Below are positions 1-5,028 of a stretch of DNA of 5,028 nt, one piece after another. Each line of letters opens with the position of its first letter. The stretch's first letter is position 1. The stretch covers positions 1 through 5,028 of the forward strand of contig BAAFSQ010000509.1 in the NCBI GenBank assembly GCA_054661495.1, read 5' to 3'. Source of the stretch: Zygophlyctis sp. KS116 (Eukaryota; Fungi; Chytridiomycota). The notes under the pieces were generated by a model, which ran no database searches, was not told the DNA's origin, and saw only the letters and a list, made by a program, of their open reading frames with translations. Position numbers and translations under genes: made by a program.

Positions 1-312
1 CAGTGTTTACACGCTGATTTACCGTTGGTTTTCATGTCTATGAGCATTTGCAATCGATCCAATTCGTCACAAATTAAACATTTTTATATTATTATCTACA
101 ATGCCAATGCATCAATAAAGTCTTATTTTTGGGCTTTTTAAACTATACCAGATCAAAATCTGTAATCAAATATAGTAATGTAAAGCATTTGCGTGTTATT
201 CAAAAGTGTGGTCACGTCACAATCAGCCTAGAATGATTGTTCGAAAAATACAAAATATCTCTGATCGCTCATTTGAATGTATGTACAAGCAATTATTCTT
301 GAATCATTATTG

Positions 313-426
313 TATAAATGGTAATGAAGAAGTTAGATAGATTTATTTTTAATTTCCTATCAATCTATGACATCAGTAATGACGTTTAATCCATTGTCCA
401 AATCAGATCACTGAACACTGTCAACA
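313..426 (-). repeat. 3' LTR (114 bp)
   Basis: Base-by-base identical to 4411-4524 (offset 4098). On the minus strand it starts TGTTGACAG immediately after the PPT and ends ...CCATTTATA. Confidence 0.96.
342..347 (-). promoter_or_regulatory. Putative polyadenylation signal AATAAA in the 3' LTR (copy at 4440-4445 in the 5' LTR)
   Basis: AATAAA on the coding strand about 30 nt before the LTR end. The AT-rich context makes a chance match possible. Confidence 0.45.
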
Positions 427-3400
427 CTCCCCTTTCGGTGATATGGCTTAACGTTTAATTGCTTTCTAAACGATTCAATCTTGTGTTTGTTTAGACTTTT
501 CGTTAACACATCAGCAATTTGATCTTCAGTAGAAATGTATTTAAAGACAATATCTCCTTTTTCTTGAAGTTCTCGTAAATACTGGAGTTTGATAATAATA
601 TGTTTTGATTTTGTATTAATTGCATTGTTTCCAACCAATTGGATCAAAGCTTGATTATCACAATGAATAACAGTGGGTTCTTTGACAATGTCTAAAAATT
701 TCATATCAGTTAAAACTTGTCGTATCCATACAACTTCTTTTGCACAATCAGTAGCTGCTATAATTTCAGCTTCAGCTGCAGATGTTGCCATGGTGCTTTG
801 TTTAGAAGAGTTCCATGAAATTGTGTTCTTACCCAAATAAACAATCCACCCAGTTGTTGATTTATAATCTTCATAATTACTTCCATAACTGGCGTCACAA
901 TACGCTTCTAACATGGGATTTTCACAGTGAGAGAATTCTAAACAATGATCTTTAGTTGCATTAAGGTAACTAAAGAGTTTTCCAATGGCTTTTACATGGT
1001 TATCATCAAACTTTGAAGCAAATCGACCCAAAATACCCGTTGCATATGAGATATCAGGTCTCGTATTGATAGAAGCATATAAGGTGCTACCAATGCATTC
1101 TCTGTAGGGAAAATCTATATTTTCTGGTTGATCTGTTTTCTTAAAGATATGACCAGTAATCATAGGAATATTAGAATATGATTTGACTTTGAATTCCTCC
1201 AGTTTATCGCTAATATATTCTGATTGATGGATTTGAATCTTTGTATTATCTGCATTCACAGCAATACCACATCCAAGGATTTTTGTTGGAATACCCAAAT
1301 CTTTAATTTTGAACATCTTATTCATGCCATGAACTGTGTCTCCCCTGAGTTTGACGTCCTGAATTAACAAGAGGAAATCATCCACATGACAAATAATTAA
1401 GGCGAAAAACTCGCGTGAGTGAACAAATAAACCAGGATCAGATGGAGCTTTGTGAAAATTTAGCTTTAACAAACTGGTGACTAAGAGATCATTCCAAAGT
1501 TTCCCTGCCTGTTTCAGACCATAAAGACCTTTGTTAAGTTTAAGAACAGGTACGCCAAGAAGAGAATGAACGGGAACAGGATAACCTTCAGGAATCTTCA
1601 TGTATATCTCTTTGTCCATGGGAGCATTCAAATAAGCAAGGACTGCATCAATCTGATGTAAGCGAATATTGAATAAGACAGAAAGGGCAAAAATAATACG
1701 CCAAGTAGCAATGCGAGCAACAGGTGCATAAGTGTCATCGTAATCGACACCGTGGATTTGTGTATAGCCTTGTGCTACAAGACGGGCCTTATATCTCTCA
1801 ATTTGACCTTGGTTATTAGTCTTGAGATCAAAAACCCAGCGAGATCCAACTGCACGTCTAGATGGAGGTAATGCCATTGGAGGGGAAAATGTACCCATTG
1901 ACTCTAATCCGGCTAGTTCATTTGAGAGGGCGGAGGACCAATTACTATCATCTCCAAAGTTGATCTTATAATCTTTGTAATTCTTTGGAATAGCAAAATT
2001 GGCATATGGGATACGCTTTAAACCTTCAGGGAGAATATTACTAGTACTGATACTAGAATTTATATCTAGAGGAGCAAGTTGTGTCACAGGAATATATTCA
2101 GCATCAAACGCGGGATGATTAGTACCGTCCGTTGAAGCTTCTGAGAGATCAGGATCAGAAGATTGAGCTAAAGATTGATCTTGTACTAGAGAAGTTATAG
2201 AAGAAGTAGGGGCACTAGTGGCCGAATCATCGTCATCTTCAAGATCAATTGAATTGTAATACGGTGTTGTTGTGGATCGTTCAAACGTAACATTGCAGGA
2301 TTCAATTATCTTTCCATGTAGTAGAACTCTATAACCATTATTACAATTCCCAACCAATATCCCTTCTTCACAGACAGGGGATAGTTTACTTCCACGCCTT
2401 GGCTTTGACAATTGTACGTACGCAGGCTGACCAAATTTCTTAATGTACTTTATATTTGGTTTAAAATGATATAACTTTTCGTAAGGAGTGATACCATGGC
2501 TATCAGGCATGCGATTGAGCAAGTATACGGAATGTTTCAGAGCTTCAATTTGTATAGATTTCATTTCTTGCACAGAATTCGGTAAATCCATCAATAAAGC
2601 ACGACAAGTAGTAAAGATAGTTCGGTTTTTACGTTCAGCTGTTCCATTCTGCTGAGGGGTAGCTGTACTTGCTTGTACAAATAATATACCATGTGTTGAG
2701 CAATAAAAACCAATTTTTGTGAATTCCCCACCTTTATCGCATATCAATCTTGTAATGTTAATTTTGAATTGAGTTTTAAAGAAACTTAGTGCATCAATGA
2801 AGAAATTAAACATATCACTCTTCTGCTCTAGTACCTTTAGCAAAGTACTGTTTGACCCTTGGTGAGTTATTACACCTATGGGGGTAGATTGATTCAAAAA
2901 TGTAATATCCATGCAAAAGGTTGATTGCCTAAGGATGTGAGGATCATTAACTGAACCTGTTAATACTGTATTTGTGGATTTTGCCAGAATACAAGATTTG
3001 CAATTTTTGACTTGTTCAATTGATTTAGCATCTTGGCGTGGAGGAAGGCAACCATCAACTGCATTAGGTAATTTTAATAGACGCTCAAGACTTAGATGCC
3101 CAAAATCAATATGTAAATCATAAAGATTTTTGCATGGTTTTGCAGTTACTTGAAGACTAGTAGGGTAGTTAGTTGCAGTATTTAAATTTAAATGAAATAA
3201 TCCATCCTTTAACTGTGCAGTCATAGCATTTTTTTCATTAACTTTAACTGTCATTGAGTTGCTATCTGCTTTAATTACTGCGCCTTTATCGATTAACTTT
3301 GACATTGAAATCAAATTTACAGTAGCAGTAGGAACATAAAGGCAATCATTTAGATTGATTACGTTTCCTGTCTTGGTTTTTAAAGTAATTTGGCCGATTC

Positions 3401-4172
3401 CTTCTGCAGAGGATTGCGTATTGTTGAACCCAGTTATTTGGGTTTTATTTTTCAATATGTCAGTAAATACAGAAATATCATTGATTATATGTTCTGTTGC
3501 TCCTGAATCAAGAAGCCAAGCATCATTAAAAGTTTCAGTCTTAGATGCCATGAAAGTAAACGTGTTTTTGTCTTTTATTGGGACTGATACTTGCTGTTGT
3601 TGTCTCTTCTTTGAAACAGTATTGGCTTTAACTTTATTGGGTTTATACCAAGATGGTCGATTAGCAACATCTGCTCCACCATTAGCCCAGCATTTTGAAG
3701 TATCATGATTTTTACCACAAGTTTTACATTTAACTATTGTAGTTAACCCAAAGCTTTCATTTTTATGTCTCATTTCCCCAGAGATTTCTCGTCTCTGCCA
3801 TTCTTCTTTCAAGCAAGTTTTGAGAGATGTGAGATCGTTTAAGTAACCTTTTTGGGCTCGCAGGGCTTGAATAAATATATTGAATGAGGGAGGAAAAGTT
3901 TTAAGAATGTGGAAGATCAATTCTCCATCAGTGATCGGTGCATTTGAAGACGCAAGCAGTGATTGCAGATGCGCTAGTCTATTGAAATACCCGTTTATAT
4001 CACCACCTTCAGCTAAATTTGTCCGAGAGAAAGCATCGCGGTACATGCCTGTTGATTCTGCTGTTTGAGCTTTATGCAAATTTTCGACTCCATTCCACAA
4101 TTCACTTGCAGTGGTAAACTTGCTTAGTTCAGATTCAAATTTAGGATCAATGAATTTTCCAATGGCGCCCAT
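408..4172 (-). CDS. Copia-type Gag-Pol polyprotein (C-terminal Gag, aspartic protease, integrase, reverse transcriptase, RNase H). The true start is probably ATG 4379, upstream of an in-frame TAG.
   Basis: 1254-aa ORF with UBN2-like Gag (TASELW...LKTFPPSF), CCHC knuckle, WLLDSGATEH protease, H-x4-H...CxxC and D,D,E integrase (DKGGEF, PQQNGTAERKNRT), copia RT motifs (RYKARLVAQGYTQIHGVDY, QIDAVLAYLN, LYGLKQAG, HVDD) and RNase H (YCDAS, SAAEAE, HCDNQ, ADVLTK). Confidence 0.96.
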   Translation of the reverse strand: MGAIGKFIDPKFESELSKFTTASELWNGVENLHKAQTAESTGMYRDAFSRTNLAEGGDINGYFNRLAHLQSLLASSNAPITDGELIFHILKTFPPSFNIFIQALRAQKGYLNDLTSLKTCLKEEWQRREISGEMRHKNESFGLTTIVKCKTCGKNHDTSKCWANGGADVANRPSWYKPNKVKANTVSKKRQQQQVSVPIKDKNTFTFMASKTETFNDAWLLDSGATEHIINDISVFTDILKNKTQITGFNNTQSSAEGIGQITLKTKTGNVINLNDCLYVPTATVNLISMSKLIDKGAVIKADSNSMTVKVNEKNAMTAQLKDGLFHLNLNTATNYPTSLQVTAKPCKNLYDLHIDFGHLSLERLLKLPNAVDGCLPPRQDAKSIEQVKNCKSCILAKSTNTVLTGSVNDPHILRQSTFCMDITFLNQSTPIGVITHQGSNSTLLKVLEQKSDMFNFFIDALSFFKTQFKINITRLICDKGGEFTKIGFYCSTHGILFVQASTATPQQNGTAERKNRTIFTTCRALLMDLPNSVQEMKSIQIEALKHSVYLLNRMPDSHGITPYEKLYHFKPNIKYIKKFGQPAYVQLSKPRRGSKLSPVCEEGILVGNCNNGYRVLLHGKIIESCNVTFERSTTTPYYNSIDLEDDDDSATSAPTSSITSLVQDQSLAQSSDPDLSEASTDGTNHPAFDAEYIPVTQLAPLDINSSISTSNILPEGLKRIPYANFAIPKNYKDYKINFGDDSNWSSALSNELAGLESMGTFSPPMALPPSRRAVGSRWVFDLKTNNQGQIERYKARLVAQGYTQIHGVDYDDTYAPVARIATWRIIFALSVLFNIRLHQIDAVLAYLNAPMDKEIYMKIPEGYPVPVHSLLGVPVLKLNKGLYGLKQAGKLWNDLLVTSLLKLNFHKAPSDPGLFVHSREFFALIICHVDDFLLLIQDVKLRGDTVHGMNKMFKIKDLGIPTKILGCGIAVNADNTKIQIHQSEYISDKLEEFKVKSYSNIPMITGHIFKKTDQPENIDFPYRECIGSTLYASINTRPDISYATGILGRFASKFDDNHVKAIGKLFSYLNATKDHCLEFSHCENPMLEAYCDASYGSNYEDYKSTTGWIVYLGKNTISWNSSKQSTMATSAAEAEIIAATDCAKEVVWIRQVLTDMKFLDIVKEPTVIHCDNQALIQLVGNNAINTKSKHIIIKLQYLRELQEKGDIVFKYISTEDQIADVLTKSLNKHKIESFRKQLNVKPYHRKGSVDSVQ
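427..436 (-). promoter_or_regulatory. Polypurine tract (plus-strand primer)
   Basis: GAAAGGGGAG on the minus strand, immediately 5' of the TG that begins the 3' LTR. Confidence 0.92.
450..915 (-). other. Ty1/copia RNase HI domain (approximate bounds)
   Basis: YCDASY (Asp 894-896), STTG, ISWNSSKQ, SAAEAE, CDNQ, KHI, QIADVLTK. Confidence 0.93.
1170..1940 (-). other. Reverse transcriptase (RVT_2 type, approximate bounds)
   Basis: Catalytic Asp in QIDAVLA (1647-1649) and HVDD (1377-1388). KARLVAQG and LYGLKQ motifs present. Confidence 0.95.
2280..3125 (-). other. Integrase: HHCC zinc-binding domain, DDE core and C-terminal SH3-like part (approximate bounds)
   Basis: HIDFGH (first His 3111-3113) and CKSC (2991-3002). 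Catalytic residues D 2907-2909, D 2736-2738, E 2634-2636. Downstream TPYE, FGQPAY, SKL and GYRV motifs. Confidence 0.9.
3285..3520 (-). other. Aspartic protease domain (approximate bounds)
   Basis: WLLDSGATEHI with catalytic Asp at 3507-3509, plus downstream GIG and LYVP...NLIS motifs. Confidence 0.9.
3690..3728 (-). other. Gag nucleocapsid zinc knuckle, C-x2-C-x3-H-x4-C
   Basis: CKTCGKNHDTSKC followed by WANGG. Confidence 0.85.
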
Positions 4173-4190
4173 AGCTTGTTCATCGACTTC

Positions 4191-4379
4191 CTACCATGCT
4201 TCATTAGCAGCTGGGTCACTTATGGTCTCTTTGCCTTCTTTATTTTCTATAATATGAGGATTAACTGGATCTCTAATTGTTCTCCAAATTTTCTTTGATT
4301 TTAAATGATTCATTGTAGCAAATCGCCAAGCACAATAATTTTCGCCGTTATAAATGATGTATTCTTCTCTGTTAGTCAT
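4191..4379 (-). CDS. N-terminal segment of Gag, in frame with the downstream polyprotein but cut off by a TAG
   Basis: YNGENYCAWRFATMNHLKSKKIW matches the copia Gag N-terminal motif (F/L)xGxNYxxWxxxMxxxLxxxxLW. 4379-4172=207 nt, so the frame is the same, and the junction reads ...NEAW*EVDEQAMGAI. Confidence 0.85.
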   Translation of the reverse strand: MTNREEYIIYNGENYCAWRFATMNHLKSKKIWRTIRDPVNPHIIENKEGKETISDPAANEAW

Positions 4380-4395
4380 ATTCTTCTTTGATTCG

Positions 4396-4410
4396 ATTCG
4401 ACTGTTAATC
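4396..4410 (-). promoter_or_regulatory. Primer-binding site complementary to the anticodon arm of tRNA-Asn(GUU) (half-tRNA primer)
   Basis: Minus strand GATTAACAGTCGAAT abuts the 5' LTR. Its complement ATTCGA-CTGTTAA-TC is a canonical C32-U33-GUU-A37-A38 anticodon loop closed by A31-U39 and G30-C40. Confidence 0.8.
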
Positions 4411-4524
4411 TATAAATGGTAATGAAGAAGTTAGATAGATTTATTTTTAATTTCCTATCAATCTATGACATCAGTAATGACGTTTAATCCATTGTCCAAA
4501 TCAGATCACTGAACACTGTCAACA
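4411..4524 (-). repeat. 5' LTR (114 bp)
   Basis: Identical to 313-426. On the minus strand it reads TGTTGACAG...CCATTTATA and is followed directly by the PBS GATTAACAGTCGAAT. Confidence 0.96.
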
Positions 4525-4525
4525 A

Positions 4526-5028
4526 AAACAGGGACTTGGTCATTATACAATATATTGTGTTGGAAGATATCGGTATTTTGTCTTTTTATGCTTTCTTATA
4601 GTAAATCCAACCTATTAAAAACAACAGTTTTATATTTTATCACCTCTGGACTCTTTTGTAAAAATTGGACGGGCGGCCGTCCAAACAGGGACTTGGTCAT
4701 TATACAATATATTGTGTTGGAAGATAACTGTATTTAGTTTTATTAAGGTTTTTAATAGTAAATCCAACCTATTAAAAACAACAGTTTTATATTTTATCAC
4801 CTCTGGACTCTTTTGTAAAAATTGGACGGGCGGCCGTCCAAACAGGGACTTGGTCATTATACAATATATTGTGTTGGAAGATAACTGTATTTAGTTTTAT
4901 TAAGGTTTTTAATAGTAAATCCAACCTATTAAAAACAACAGTTTTATATTTTATCACCTCTGGACTCTTTTGTAAAAATTGGACGGGCGGCCGTCCAAAC
5001 AGGGACTTGGTCATTATACAATATATTG
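4526..5028. repeat. 157-bp tandem repeat (satellite), at least 3.2 copies, truncated by the window end
   Basis: AAACAGGGACTTGGTCATT recurs at 4526, 4683, 4840 and 4997 (period 157). Units 2 and 3 are identical, and unit 1 differs by 9 substitutions. Confidence 0.97.

Larger units (their letters stand above)
313..4524 (-). mobile_element. Full-length Ty1/copia-superfamily LTR retrotransposon (4212 bp), half-tRNA-primed (Hemivirus-like) type
   Basis: Identical 114-bp direct repeats at both ends. PBS lies directly inside the 5' LTR and PPT directly before the 3' LTR. The polyprotein has the copia-diagnostic domain order PR-IN-RT-RH. Confidence 0.98.

Noticed and set aside
311-312. Canonical CA end extending the 3' LTR to 311
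   Set aside because: The 5' LTR has GA at the equivalent position (start of the PBS), and the shifted boundary still gives no TSD.
1-312. Coding potential or known element in the left flank (e.g. plus frame open 1-141)
   Set aside because: Only short open stretches without recognisable motifs, and no similarity to the LTR or satellite.
308-317. 10-bp inverted match between the left junction (TATTGTATAA) and the satellite (TTATACAATA, 4543-4552)
   Set aside because: Short and nearly all A/T, so expected by chance.
1377-1388. HVDD in place of YVDD as a sign of an inactive RT
   Set aside because: HVDD is a known variant in copia RTs, and both catalytic Asp residues are intact.
3355-3708. 117-aa plus-strand ORF
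   Set aside because: Antisense shadow of the gag/protease frame, non-ATG start, no recognisable motif.
3880-4068. 62-aa plus-strand ORF
   Set aside because: Antisense to gag, non-ATG start, short, no motif.
4391-4410. tRNA-Asn gene
   Set aside because: Only the anticodon-arm portion is present. There is no acceptor stem, D arm or T arm, so it is interpreted as a PBS.
4660-4684. Bacterial intrinsic terminator (minus-strand hairpin plus T5)
   Set aside because: The shape fits, but it lies in a eukaryotic satellite with no upstream gene. It is kept only as a structural observation.
4555-5014. Four short ORFs (60-75 aa) in the tandem repeat
   Set aside because: They recur only because of the 157-bp period, which is not a multiple of 3, and show no protein features.
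4526-5028. CRISPR-like array (constant repeat plus variable spacer)
   Set aside because: The constant part is 129 bp, the variable patches are homologous (19/28 identical) and identical in units 2 and 3, there are no cas genes, and the context is eukaryotic.

Overview
Most of the window (313-4524, minus strand, 4212 bp) is one compact, very young Ty1/copia (Pseudoviridae) LTR retrotransposon. It has two identical 114-bp LTRs with non-canonical TG...TA ends and a polypurine tract. A single gag-pol frame (Gag, Zn knuckle, protease, integrase, RT, RNase H) runs from ATG 4379 into the 3' LTR and is broken by one in-frame TAG at codon 63. The most unusual feature is the primer-binding site. It is complementary to the anticodon arm of tRNA-Asn(GUU) rather than to a tRNA 3' CCA end, in the same register as the half-tRNA primers of Drosophila copia and yeast Ty5 (iMet) and Candida Tca2 (Arg). 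No target-site duplication is present. The left flank (1-312) is unique AT-rich DNA. The right flank is a 157-bp, palindrome-rich tandem satellite (at least 3.2 copies, running off the window) whose first monomer differs from the others only in one 28-bp patch. The host is a eukaryote, possibly a fungus or protist (weak inference from motif style).
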